NCBI GenBank assembly: GCA_963712085.1
Contig: CAVQGP010000001.1
Location: forward strand, 683,121 to 747,120
DNA from: an uncultured Flavobacteriaceae bacterium
Lineage (GTDB): Bacteria; Bacteroidota; Bacteroidia; Flavobacteriales; Flavobacteriaceae
Length of the DNA: 64,000 nt
Direction of reading: 5' to 3'
The notes below the pieces were generated by a model. The model saw only the letters and a list, made by a program, of their open reading frames with translations. It made no database searches and had not been told where the DNA came from. A program made the translations under genes and the position numbers. Of the stretch, positions 31,886-42,700 are shown piece by piece. Within the stretch, counting starts at the first letter, position 1. Each line of letters starts with the position of its first letter.

Positions 31886-32017
31886 TTTCAGATTTTGGTA
31901 TTCTTAATATTGAATATTAGAAGTTGAGATAGTTATGAGCTGAAAGGTTCAATAGTTTAAGTTGGAAGTACTTCTACCTAATACTAAAAAGTAAAAACTA
32001 ACAACCATCAATCAAAA

Positions 32018-33370
32018 TTAAAAACCTAAAATCAATTTAGCTATTGAGAAATAAATTAAAATTCCTAAAATATCATTACTTGTAGTGATAAAAGGTCCTG
32101 TGGCCAAAGCTGGGTCAATGCCACGTTTGTCTAAAATAATAGGGATAAACGTTCCAATAATACTTGCTATTATAATCACAGAAATTAATGAAATAGCAAC
32201 TGTAATTCCTACTTTTAATTCGAATCCTAAAAAAAACATTCCAGCAGACATTAACAAAACAGCTAAAACAAATCCATTTAACAAACTCTGCAAAATTTCC
32301 TTTATTAATCTGTTCCAATATGACCCCCTCAAACTATCATTTGCCAAACCTTGCACAATAATAGCAGACGATTGCACTCCAACATTACCAGCCATTGCAG
32401 CAATTAAGGGTGTGAAAAAGAATAATACAGGATAATTTGTCATTGCTTCTTCAAATCCTCCTAAAATAGAAACACTCACGAAGCCACCAAAAAGGGCTAA
32501 TACTAACCAAGGAAGACGTGCTTTTGTCAGCTCCCAAATGGTATCATCCGCTTCAACATCTTGTGAAATACCAGCAGCCATTTGGTAATCTTTTTCAGCT
32601 TCTTCTTTAATAACATCAACAATATCATCAATGGTAATCCTTCCAACCAGTCTACCCAATTCATCAACAACAGGGATGGCTTCCAAATCATATTTCTGCA
32701 TAATTTTAGCAACATCTTCAGCATCATCATTCACTGATACAGAATCTACTTCTTTGATGAAAACATCCTTTATGGCTGTTTTTGTTGAGGTTGTTAATAG
32801 ATCTTTTAAAGACAAGCGTCCTTTTAAAATATCGTTATCATCAACCACATAAATTGAATGAACTCTGGAAACTTCTTCGGCCTGAGCCCGCATTTCTTTA
32901 ACACAGGTAAGTACATTCCAATTTTCATTTACTTTTACCAATTCCTTTGCCATTAAACCTCCGGCAGTGTCTTCATCATAGCGTAAAAGTTCAATAATAT
33001 CTCTGGCATGCTCTTCATCTTCAATATGAGAAATTACTTCTTTTATCTGTTTTTCGGATAGTTCAGAAATAATATCTGCAGCATCATCAGTATCCAATTC
33101 AGAAATCTCTTCGGCAATTTCTTTAGATGAAAGTCCTTTTAAAATATTTTCACGTGTATCTTCGTCTAGTTCGGCAATAACTTCTGAAGTAACATCACTT
33201 TCCAATAATTTTATTAAATAAATGGCTTCTTCTGTTTCAAGATCTTCAATAATTTCAGCAACATCAGCATAATGAACCGGTTCTAATAAAGTTAGAAGCG
33301 TATCATCATTTTTTTCAGCAATAAATTGTTGAATTTGTTGAATGTATTCATTTGTAATTTCAAACGGCAT
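32018..33370 (-). CDS. mgtE: Magnesium transporter MgtE
   Basis: Acidic N-domain, CBS pair, [24 protein letters not shown]. Confidence 0.95.
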   Translation of the reverse strand: MPFEITNEYIQQIQQFIAEKNDDTLLTLLEPVHYADVAEIIEDLETEEAIYLIKLLESDVTSEVIAELDEDTRENILKGLSSKEIAEEISELDTDDAADIISELSEKQIKEVISHIEDEEHARDIIELLRYDEDTAGGLMAKELVKVNENWNVLTCVKEMRAQAEEVSRVHSIYVVDDNDILKGRLSLKDLLTTSTKTAIKDVFIKEVDSVSVNDDAEDVAKIMQKYDLEAIPVVDELGRLVGRITIDDIVDVIKEEAEKDYQMAAGISQDVEADDTIWELTKARLPWLVLALFGGFVSVSILGGFEEAMTNYPVLFFFTPLIAAMAGNVGVQSSAIIVQGLANDSLRGSYWNRLIKEILQSLLNGFVLAVLLMSAGMFFLGFELKVGITVAISLISVIIIASIIGTFIPIILDKRGIDPALATGPFITTSNDILGILIYFSIAKLILGF

Positions 33371-34136
33371 CTTTTTCTATTTTAGAAGTAAGACTAATAA
33401 ATTCTTGAACAGATAGTTGTTCTGGACGTTTTGCAAAGATACTATCTTCCCGCAAATTATCAGACAAATTCAATGTTTTTAAACTGTTGCGCAATGTTTT
33501 TCTTCTTTGCTGAAAAGCAGTTTTAACAACTCTGTAGAATAATTTTTCATCAACGGGTAAGGTGTAATTCTCTTTTCTAATGAATCTTATTACGCCTGAA
33601 TCAACTTTTGGAGGCGGATTAAATACTGTTGGAGGTACTGTAAATAAATATTCAACATCATAAAAAGCCTGAGTTAATACTGATAAAATTCCATACACTT
33701 TGCTACCTTCTTTTTCTGCAATTCGCAAGGCAACTTCTTTTTGAAACATTCCGGCAAACTCTGGTATTTGATGTCTGTTTTCAAGGGTTTTAAAAACAAT
33801 TTGTGTTGAAATGTTATAAGGAAAATTCCCAATAATTGCTACTTGTTCATTGCCAAAATAATCGGTTAAATCAATTTTTAAAAAATCTTTTGAAATAATA
33901 TTATCTGCTAAATTCAAATAATGTGCCTGTAAATATTCAACCGATTCGGTATCAATTTCAATTACATGAATATTAAGCGATTTTTTAAGCAAATACTTTG
34001 TTAAAACACCCATTCCTGGTCCAATTTCCAAAACATTTTTGTAACCTTTTTCCGTTAAACTATCTGCAATTTGTTGTGCAATTAATTCGTCTGTTAAAAA
34101 ATGTTGCCCAAGGTGTTTTTTTGCTTTTACACTCAT
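33360..34136 (-). CDS. rsmA: 16S rRNA dimethyltransferase
   Basis: [32 protein letters not shown]. Confidence 0.96.
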   Translation of the reverse strand: MSVKAKKHLGQHFLTDELIAQQIADSLTEKGYKNVLEIGPGMGVLTKYLLKKSLNIHVIEIDTESVEYLQAHYLNLADNIISKDFLKIDLTDYFGNEQVAIIGNFPYNISTQIVFKTLENRHQIPEFAGMFQKEVALRIAEKEGSKVYGILSVLTQAFYDVEYLFTVPPTVFNPPPKVDSGVIRFIRKENYTLPVDEKLFYRVVKTAFQQRRKTLRNSLKTLNLSDNLREDSIFAKRPEQLSVQEFISLTSKIEKDAV

Positions 34137-34140
34137 AAAA

Positions 34141-34473
34141 TTAGTTTTTTACACTCATACAAAATTGCTCGTCAATAACTTTTAATTCAGTTCTAAAAGC
34201 TACAATTTTATCACTAAATAACTGCATAGCATCATTTCTTAATTTAGGAGCATCTTCTTTGTAATAGGCCTCAAGTGTTTCCATACTTTCGGTTGTATAT
34301 TGTACAGCGTAAGTTACGCCACCCATGTCTTCCTCAATCATTACCTGACTCATTTTTGCACTTATAAATTTTCCTGTTGCCAACATTTCAGGAATGTGTT
34401 TTTGTTTCATCCAATGCAGCCATTTTTCGTGAATGGATTCGTCTACATTTGTAGTTACATTATAGATATACAT
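34141..34473 (-). CDS. DUF4286 family protein
   Basis: MYIYNVT..WLHWM..HIPEML.TG; AFRTEL. Confidence 0.85.
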   Translation of the reverse strand: MYIYNVTTNVDESIHEKWLHWMKQKHIPEMLATGKFISAKMSQVMIEEDMGGVTYAVQYTTESMETLEAYYKEDAPKLRNDAMQLFSDKIVAFRTELKVIDEQFCMSVKN

Positions 34474-34479
34474 TTTTTT

Positions 34480-34556
34480 GTTTAAAAGTTTAAAGGTTTA
34501 AAGGTTTAAGGGTTTAAAGGTTTAAAGGTTTAAAGTTTAAGGTTTAAGGGTTTAAA
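34480..34556. repeat. Tandem repeat, 10 copies of GTTTAA(A/G)G (7-8 bp)
   Basis: Units start at 34480, 34488, 34496, 34504, 34512, 34520, 34528, 34535, 34542 and 34550. Confidence 0.95.
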
Positions 34557-34631
34557 TTTGAACGGATAAAGTTAAAAATTAATATAGTAAACTTTACTTG
34601 TTCTTCTTTATTATTTAAAAGCCAAATTTCA

Positions 34632-34660
34632 AAAATCGTAAATCTAAAATCGTAAATCGT
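34632..34660. repeat. AAATC-based heptamer tandem repeat
   Basis: AAAATCGTAAATCT-AAAATCGTAAATCGT, directly after the TPR gene stop. Confidence 0.75.
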
Positions 34661-36437
34661 TTAATAGATCCCATCTCCTCTTAAGGTTCTGAATTTTTTT
34701 CGGGCATCGACCAAATAAATACTTGATGGATAATCGAAGATAATTTTTTGATAATATGTTTGTGCTTTTTCAGTATTGTTGAATTTATTTAAATATAGTT
34801 CAGCCAAATAATAATGAGAATCATCAACTAAAATATCGTCACTTTTAATAGTTATAATTTGAATATAATTGTTTTCTGCTTTTTCAAATTCATTTATTTT
34901 TTCAAATAATTGAGCTTGCTTAAATAGCGCTTCATCTTCAATTGGATGTCCTTTAAATTCATTTATAATAGTTTGTAATGTATCAATTGCCTGTTTGTTT
35001 TTATTTTGAAACGATAATAAATCGGCGGCGGCATATTTTTTCAAGGCAATTTTTAAACTGTCTTTTACAATATTATCTGTAATTAATAAATTTAAAGCCA
35101 AAGCATCATTAGCAATTAGTTGAGAAGTTGAATTTTTTAACACTTTTAATTGCGATTGGGCCCATTCAAAATCACCTTTAAAATAGGAGGTTTGAGCTAT
35201 TTTAAATCTTGCTGTTTGACCTATCTCATGATTTTTTAACTCATTTTGAACTTGCGTGTAATAAATTAAAGCAGTACTAAATTGATTGTTAAAAACTAAA
35301 ATATCGGCTAGTTTTGTTTTTACATAACCATTTTGAAATTCATTTAAAGGCAATTTTAATAACTCTTTTAATTCAGTAACACCTTTGTTTGGCTCATTTT
35401 TTCTGAAAGCTAAAAATTCAGCAAAAGCAACTCTAATATTCAGCATATTTACATTTTTACCGTATTGATTAAAAAGTTGCTGAAATTGAATTTCAATATC
35501 ATTGATAGCAGCATTCATTTCCATATCAATTTGAAGCATATACAATTTTGCGGTAAGCTCAGTTTCTACATTATTTGTATTTTCTAATACAAAATTGAAA
35601 CAATTTTTTGCTGATTCGTACGATTTATTTTCAAAAGCCATTTTCCCAACATCAATAATAGGTGATAAACTTTCTCCATTTCTTTTGAACAAGGCTTTTT
35701 CCTGAATCAGGGCTTTTTCATATTCATTTTGTTGTAAATACAACCAGCTAAGTAATTGGTTCCAGCTATTTTTTGGATTGTTTTGTGATCTTTTTAATAG
35801 TAGCTTTTTTAAGGAAATATTGTTCTCATTTTCAGGGTCGGAAGTAATAAATTTTCCTAAGTAATTTTTTGTATTTGGTAAATAATTTTCATCAATTTCA
35901 ATAAGGTCTAAATAGGTGTTGAACATGTTCGAAATCTCAGCTTTTTCACCATAAATTTCAGCAATTTGAAAGTTGTAATTTGCTGAAGGATTTTTTTTCC
36001 ATTGCTTTTTTGTAAGCCAATAAAGCATAATCCAATAAATGATTGTCTTGAAATGATTTTCCAATTAAATAACCCAAATTAGGTGTTTTTTCAATTGCGT
36101 TTAATGCCTTTTCGTAATATAAAATGGCTTCAGGCTCTATATGTTGTAATTGAAAATTATAACCTAAATCAACATACAAATATTCCTGATTTGGAAACTT
36201 TTTTAATTGGTTGTTAATAAGGGTATTTGCTTCTTCAAATTTTTCTAATTGCTGAAAGCAATCAATTAAATAATTGGTGTAGGAAGTATTATAAGGGTTG
36301 TTTTGTTGTAAAATCTCAAACAAAGAAATAGCCTTTTCATAATCGCCATTTCTGTAATATTGATGTGCCAATTGCTGCTCCTGTGCAAATACTTGCAAAG
36401 AAATAAAACAAAAAAATAAAACCAGTAATTTGCGCAT
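34661..36437 (-). pseudogene. Exported TPR protein, frameshifted in an A8 run (35991..35998)
   Basis: Signal peptide MRKLLVLFFC and TPR repeats in both ORFs. A7 instead of A8 joins YKKAMEK to NPSANYNFQ. Confidence 0.85.
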
Positions 36438-36516
36438 TTTTAACTTTTTATTCATTCAAAGATAACCAAACAAGTGTTAATGTTTTTATAAATAATGCTT
36501 ATTTTGATCTTGCGAC

Positions 36517-36545
36517 TGTTACATTTTGGCTCAGAAATTGTCTTA
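36517..36545 (+). promoter_or_regulatory. Candidate ECF-sigma-type promoter
   Basis: TGTTAC-N17-GTCTTA about 30 nt upstream of ATG 36575; resembles the general ECF AAC-N16/17-GTC layout. Confidence 0.4.
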
Positions 36546-36574
36546 CCTGTATAAAACAATTAAAAACTAACCAA

Positions 36575-36718
36575 ATGAAAGATTTAATTAAACAATATCA
36601 GAAAGCTAAAAGCAATGCATTCATATTTATGAGAAAAGGTCAGTTAAATGCATATTTTGATGCATTAATTGAAATGAATCACTATAAAAAATTAATGCTT
36701 ACAGTAAGTGCTAATTAA
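36575..36718 (+). CDS. Small 47-aa hypothetical protein
   Basis: MKDLIKQYQKAKSNAFIFMRKGQLNAYFDALIEMNHYKKLMLTVSAN*; A-rich Bacteroidetes-type initiation region; below the ORF-track cutoff. Confidence 0.75.
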   Translation: MKDLIKQYQKAKSNAFIFMRKGQLNAYFDALIEMNHYKKLMLTVSAN

Positions 36719-37985
36719 TAAGTTTAAATCCACAATATGGTATTAAAACTTCTGGAATTTTAATTCCTTCCGGTGTTTGGCAATTTTCTAACAACCCAGC
36801 TAAAATACGAGGTAAAGCCAATGAACTTCCGTTTAATGTATGTGCCAATTCACTTTTTCCTTCACTATTTTTAAAACGAAGTTTTAGTCGGTTTGCCTGA
36901 AAAGTTTCAAAGTTGGAAACTGAACTTACTTCTAACCAACGGTCTTGGGCAGTTGAAAATACTTCAAAATCGTATGTCAATGCCGAGGTAAATCCCATAT
37001 CTCCACCGCACAAGCGTAAAATACGATAAGGTAATTTCAATTCTTGTAATATTTCTTTTACGTGATTTACCATGCTGTCTAAAGCGGTATATGAATTGTT
37101 TGGATGCTCAATTCTTACAATTTCAACCTTGTCAAACTGATGTAATCTATTCAATCCTCTAACGTGGGCTCCGTATGAACCTGCCTCACGTCTAAAACAA
37201 GGTGTATAGGCTGTTTTACATATTGGAAATTCACTTTCCTTTAAAATAACATCTCTAAAAATATTGGTAACTGGCACTTCAGCCGTAGGAATTAAATATA
37301 AATTATCCTGAGCATCGTGGTACATTTGACCTTCTTTATCAGGTAATTGACCAGTTCCAAACCCCGATTCTTCATTTACCAAATGAGGCACCTGAACTTC
37401 ATCATAACCTGCGGCCGTATTTTTATCTAAAAAATAATTGATTAAAGCACGTTGTAATTTTGCACCTTTTCCTTTATAAACAGGAAAACCCGCACCTGCA
37501 ATTTTATTTCCAAGTTCAAAATCTATAATGTCATATTTTTTTGCTAAATCCCAATGAGGTAATGCATTTTTATGTAAAACAGGTATTTCTCCTTCTTGGA
37601 AAACGTTTAAATTATCATCTGCTGAAGTACCAACAGGAACAATTTTATTTGGAATATTAGGAATTAAATACAATAATTCTTGTAATTCGTTTGCTTTTGT
37701 TTGAAGACTTTCAGTTAAATCTTTCGATTTTTCTTTTAATAAAACAGTTTTTTGTTTTAAAATTGCTGCTTTTTGTGCCTCACCAGTTTTAAATAACTGT
37801 CCAATATCTTTTGATAATTTATTAGATTCGGCTAAAACTGCATCTAATTCTGATTGAATCGCTCTTCGTTCTTCATCGGCTAAAATAGTTTTAGCAATTA
37901 AATCTTCAGCATTTTTAAAATTTCTTTTTGCTAAACCTTTTAAAACAGTTTCTTTGTTTTCTCTAATAAAAGCTACTTGTAACAT
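36711..37985 (-). CDS. serS: Serine--tRNA ligase
   Basis: PTAEVP, CFRREAGS, LHQFDKVE, HTLNGS. Start set at ATG 37985. Confidence 0.97.
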   Translation of the reverse strand: MLQVAFIRENKETVLKGLAKRNFKNAEDLIAKTILADEERRAIQSELDAVLAESNKLSKDIGQLFKTGEAQKAAILKQKTVLLKEKSKDLTESLQTKANELQELLYLIPNIPNKIVPVGTSADDNLNVFQEGEIPVLHKNALPHWDLAKKYDIIDFELGNKIAGAGFPVYKGKGAKLQRALINYFLDKNTAAGYDEVQVPHLVNEESGFGTGQLPDKEGQMYHDAQDNLYLIPTAEVPVTNIFRDVILKESEFPICKTAYTPCFRREAGSYGAHVRGLNRLHQFDKVEIVRIEHPNNSYTALDSMVNHVKEILQELKLPYRILRLCGGDMGFTSALTYDFEVFSTAQDRWLEVSSVSNFETFQANRLKLRFKNSEGKSELAHTLNGSSLALPRILAGLLENCQTPEGIKIPEVLIPYCGFKLIN

Positions 37986-38038
37986 TGTTATATCCTTATA
38001 ATTTGTGGGCAAATTTAAGAAATTGCTGTTAAAAGATG

Positions 38039-38587
38039 CTAATTAGTTTCATTTGATTTTAAAGAAACAATTTCGTGAATTTCGGTAGTGATTTGTGGGA
38101 TTTTTTTAACTGCAAAATTAAAATCAATTTTTATAGAATTTTCACGCTCTTTTGAAAGCTTAAAAACACCATTTTTTATAGGGAAATAACCACTTTCTCC
38201 TTTGCAATAACACAAACGACCATAGTGGAGTTTTATAGTTTGAAGTTGGATATTTTCAAGATTTATTTCCGAAATTGGGTTTTGCAATTCTGCATAAATT
38301 AGTTCTGTATAATTGCTATCAGCAGTATTTTCAATCGGATTTTTTTTAAATGTATACTTTAAAATCAATTTGTCACCATCAGTTATAACAGGATACAAAT
38401 TACCAAATTCATCGGTTTTAAAATCAATTGTTTTGTTTGGTATCAATTCTAAAGTACAAGTGCCATTTTCGGGGCAATTGTCAGTTTGAATGCTTACAGG
38501 ATTGTTAATATTTTCTTGTGAAACTGCTTTTTGTGCAGTTTTACACGATATTAAAAACAGCAAACCAATTATCATTAAAGTTCTCAT
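38039..38587 (-). CDS. Hypothetical lipoprotein
   Basis: Lipobox LISC; CPENGTC and LCYCKG cysteine pairs. Confidence 0.75.
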   Translation of the reverse strand: MRTLMIIGLLFLISCKTAQKAVSQENINNPVSIQTDNCPENGTCTLELIPNKTIDFKTDEFGNLYPVITDGDKLILKYTFKKNPIENTADSNYTELIYAELQNPISEINLENIQLQTIKLHYGRLCYCKGESGYFPIKNGVFKLSKERENSIKIDFNFAVKKIPQITTEIHEIVSLKSNETN

Positions 38588-38608
38588 TGCGGTAAATTAC
38601 TAAAAAAT

Positions 38609-39547
38609 TTAATCAAAAAAAGTGCCATGAATAATTTCTAGCGATTTTTCTCGGTCTTTAATTAATTGTAACTGAAGCGCTTCAACCGATTCAAATTTTT
38701 GTTCATTTCGCAAAAAATGCAGTACTTCAACCTGAACAATTTTACCGTATAAATCTTCATTAAAATTAAAAAAATGAATTTCAATAGTTTGATTTTTACC
38801 ACTAACAGTTGGTCTATAACCAATATTCATCATGCCAAAAACAGGCTTGTTTTCAATAGTAGATTTTACAACATAAGCCCCCGTTTTTGGAATAAGTTTA
38901 TACGTTTCCTGAATGTTTAAATTGGCAGTTGGAAAACCTATTTTTTCTCCTAAATTTTTGCCTTTCACCACCACACCTGTTAATATATAAGGGTACCCTA
39001 AATAATTATTGGCTTTTTCAATTTCACCCTTTTCAATAGCTTTCCTAATTTTAGTTGAGCTTACAGCAATATCGTTTATATCCTGTTGTGAAATTTCTTC
39101 AACTTTAAAGTTATACAAATCTCCATATTTCTCTAATTGTTTAAAATTGCCTTCTCTATTTTTTCCGAAGTGGTGATCGTAGCCAATAAAAAGTTTTGAA
39201 ATATTTAATTTATTTATTAAAATATTTTTAATAAAATCGGTGGCTGTGTGCTCCGAGAAATTTTCTGTAAAAGGTTGAATAACAATTGCTTCAAGTCCTA
39301 GTTTTTCTAATAATTGAATGCGCTCGTCAATGGTATTTATCAATTTAATATCAACATCTTTTTGTAATATCATTCTTGGATGTGGAAAAAACGTCAACAA
39401 AACAGATGTTGCATTTTTCTTTTTTGCACTTTTTATTAATTTTTTTATAACTTTTTGATGCCCAATATGAACACCATCAAAAGAGCCAATAGTAACAAAT
39501 GATTTTTGGGATGAATTGTATTCAGATAAGTCTTTATAAATTTTCAA
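38609..39547 (-). CDS. ribF: Riboflavin kinase/FAD synthetase
   Basis: GSFDGVHIGH, VSSTKIR, GFPTAN, NIGYRPT. Confidence 0.96.
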   Translation of the reverse strand: MKIYKDLSEYNSSQKSFVTIGSFDGVHIGHQKVIKKLIKSAKKKNATSVLLTFFPHPRMILQKDVDIKLINTIDERIQLLEKLGLEAIVIQPFTENFSEHTATDFIKNILINKLNISKLFIGYDHHFGKNREGNFKQLEKYGDLYNFKVEEISQQDINDIAVSSTKIRKAIEKGEIEKANNYLGYPYILTGVVVKGKNLGEKIGFPTANLNIQETYKLIPKTGAYVVKSTIENKPVFGMMNIGYRPTVSGKNQTIEIHFFNFNEDLYGKIVQVEVLHFLRNEQKFESVEALQLQLIKDREKSLEIIHGTFFD

Positions 39548-39704
39548 AATTAGAAAACAGTATTGTGTTAAATTGTTTGTAAAAATAGGCTATTTAATTA
39601 AAATTGCATTCATTGGAATTAATTAAAAAATGGTATTATAATTGCTGTCAGCATAATATCAATTATATTTGTTATATAAGACTTATTTTTAACCGAGATT
39701 ATTT

Positions 39705-42700
39705 ATGAAAAACCAATTTGACAGATACTTTATTTTAGCGATTTTCATGTTTTTAATGGTTATTTCTGTATCAGCCCAAATTTCTGATAAATTTTGGCAA
39801 AAAAAGGTTATTTCAGAAGTTGATGGTATTAATAAAATTGAAAGAAGAACTACTCCAAAAGAATTTTCCGTTTATAATTTAAATGTAAGTTTATTAAAAC
39901 AAGAACTACAAAATACGCCAAAAAATAAGAGCAAATTAGCTAAATCTAATACAGTTTTAAGTTTTCCAACTGCAAGTGGAAATTTTGAAAAATATGAAGT
40001 TTTTGAATCTTCAATATTTGATGAGAGCCTTCAGGAAAAATATCCTGACATCAAATCTTATATTGGAAAAAGTGTTGAAAACCCAGAAACTATTATACGA
40101 TTTAGTCTTTCAAAATTTGGTTTACACGCCTTGATTTTACAGAGTAACAATGGAGCTGTTTATATAGATCCATTTACATCAAATAAAGAATCGTATATTG
40201 TTTATTCCAAAAAGGATTTACCTTCAATTGCTTCATTTGAATGTGAAGTTGAGGAGTTAAAAGTAGTTTCAAAAGAATCAATTTCAAGTTCAGCTGCCAA
40301 ATCAGAAAATGCCAACGATGGAAAACTAAGAACATTTAGGTTGGCAATTGCAACTACTGGAGAATATTCTCAATTTCAACTAATTTACAATGGGATAAGT
40401 GCAAATGCAACGGAAGCATTTAAAAAAGAAGTTGTGCTCTCTGCTATAAATGCAACAATGACAAGAGTGAACGCTATTTTTGAACGCGATGTTTCATTAA
40501 CTATGAAATTGGTTGCAAATAATACCAATATTATTTTTTTAGACCCAAATACTGATGGGTTTACAAATGATGATGGCAATGTTTTAATAAATGAAAGTCA
40601 GGCTGTTATTGATGCGAATATTGGTTTTTCAAATTATGATATTGGCCATACATTTAGCACTGGTGGAGGTGGTTTGGCCACCTTAAGATCACCTTGTACT
40701 GCAAGCAAAGCAAAAGGAATTACAGGGTCAAGTTACCCAATTGGGGATGCTTATGATATTGATTTTGTAGCACATGAAATGGGACATCAGTTTGGGGCAA
40801 ACCATACATTTAATAGTGATGAAGGCAGTTGCGCTGACGGAAATAGAAATGATGCAACAGCCATTGAACCAGGTAGTGGTTCAACAATTATGGCCTATGC
40901 AGGTTTGTGTTCTCCAGAAAATGTACAGTCACAAAGTGACGATTATTTTCATTTGGTAAGTATCAGGGAAATGTGGGCAAATATTACAAGTGGTTTTAGC
41001 ACATGTGCTGTTTCAACAAACACAGGAAATGCCGCTCCAATTGTAAATTCTCTAATATCCTATTCTTTGCCAATTTCAACACCTTTTGTTTTAAATGCTG
41101 AGGCAACAGATTCCAATGGAGATATGTTAACATATACTTGGGAGCAGTTAGATAAAGAAATAGCATTAGCACCACCTGTTTCAACCGCTGTTGGCGGGCC
41201 AGCTTTTAGATCAGTCGCTCCAAGCACCTCCTCTATGAGGTATTTTCCAAATCAGGCTACGGTAATTGCCGGACAGATATTGAATACTTGGGAGGTTTTA
41301 CCATCGGTTGCAAGAACTATGAAATTTGGTGTAAATGTGAGAGATAATAATGTAAATGGAGGGCAAACTGCCAGTCAGGAAACGACGCTTACTTTTGTTT
41401 CAACTGCCGGTCCTTTTAAAATAACTTCTCAGTCAGCTTCAGCTTCTTGGAATTCAGAAGAAACAAAAACAATTATTTGGGATGTTGCCAATACAAATAC
41501 CGCCCCAATAAACTGTGCCAATGTAAATATTTTACTTTCAACAGATGGTGGTTATACTTTTCCTATTACCTTGGCTTCAAATGTGCCAAATAATGGAACG
41601 GCTAATATTACTGTTCCAAATGTTACTACCAGTATGGGTAGAGTAAAAGTGCAAAGTGCAAATAATATATTTTATGATATAAACGATGCAAACATAACCG
41701 TTCAGGCTAAGGAATTTAAAATGAATTTTGCAACTGATATTGCAAATATTTGCAAACCAACCAATGCTGTTTACAATTTTACATATAATACTTTTTTAGG
41801 TTTTAATGAGGTGACAACTTTTTCAGCTACGGGAAATCCGGCTGGTACATCAGTTACTTTTAATCCAGCAAATGCAACTACAAATAATACAAATGTTGAA
41901 GTTACGGTTAGTGGTTTAGGTTCGGTTGCTGCAGGAAATTACACTTTTAATGTAGTTGGCACTTCGGCCACTACTTCAATAGTAAGGAATGAAACATTGA
42001 CGTTGGCTGTATTTGATGCGGCAATTGCAAGTCCGGTTTTAACAAGCCCAGTTAACAATACCGTGGAATTTAAAAAACCTTATACTTTAAATTGGTTGGC
42101 TGATGTAAATGCGGTTTCTTACCAAATTCAGATAGCTACAAATGTTGGTTTTACTAATATTGTTGAGCAATCAACAAATGTTTCTACCAACACATTTTCA
42201 CCTCAATTATTAGCTGTAAACACACAGTATTACTGGAGAGTTCAATCTGTTAATAATTGTGGAACAAGCAGTTATTCAACAGTATTTAATTTTACAACGG
42301 CTGATGAAATTTGTGAAGTTAACAATTCAACAGACATACCTAAAAATATTCCAGATAACAGTTCTATAGGTATAAGCTCAATAATTAATATTACAAATAA
42401 TAAATTAATTACTGATGTAAATGTTAGGGTAAATATTTCGCACCCGTATATTCAAGATTTATCTTTATCACTTATAAGTCCTAGCGGAATTACTATTTTG
42501 TTATCAGTTGAGAACGGTGGTTCTGGAAATAATTATACAAATACTATTTTTGATGACAGTGCTGTTACAAGTATTTCGGACGGATTACCGCCATTTACGG
42601 GTACGTATAAACCACAAATGCCATTGTCGTATTTAAACAATTCAAACGCTCAAGGAACTTGGACTTTAAAAGTAGTGGATTCAGGTGAAGCTGATACAGG

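Noticed and set aside
31886-32017. Strand-biased spacer between the TrmH-family gene and mgtE (similar at 54839..54924)
   Set aside because: No well-defined repeat unit, stable stem or ORF that I can support.
35991-35998. A8 tract in the TPR gene as a phase-variation switch
   Set aside because: Runs of 7-8 A are common in this AT-rich DNA, and nearby indels point to assembly error.
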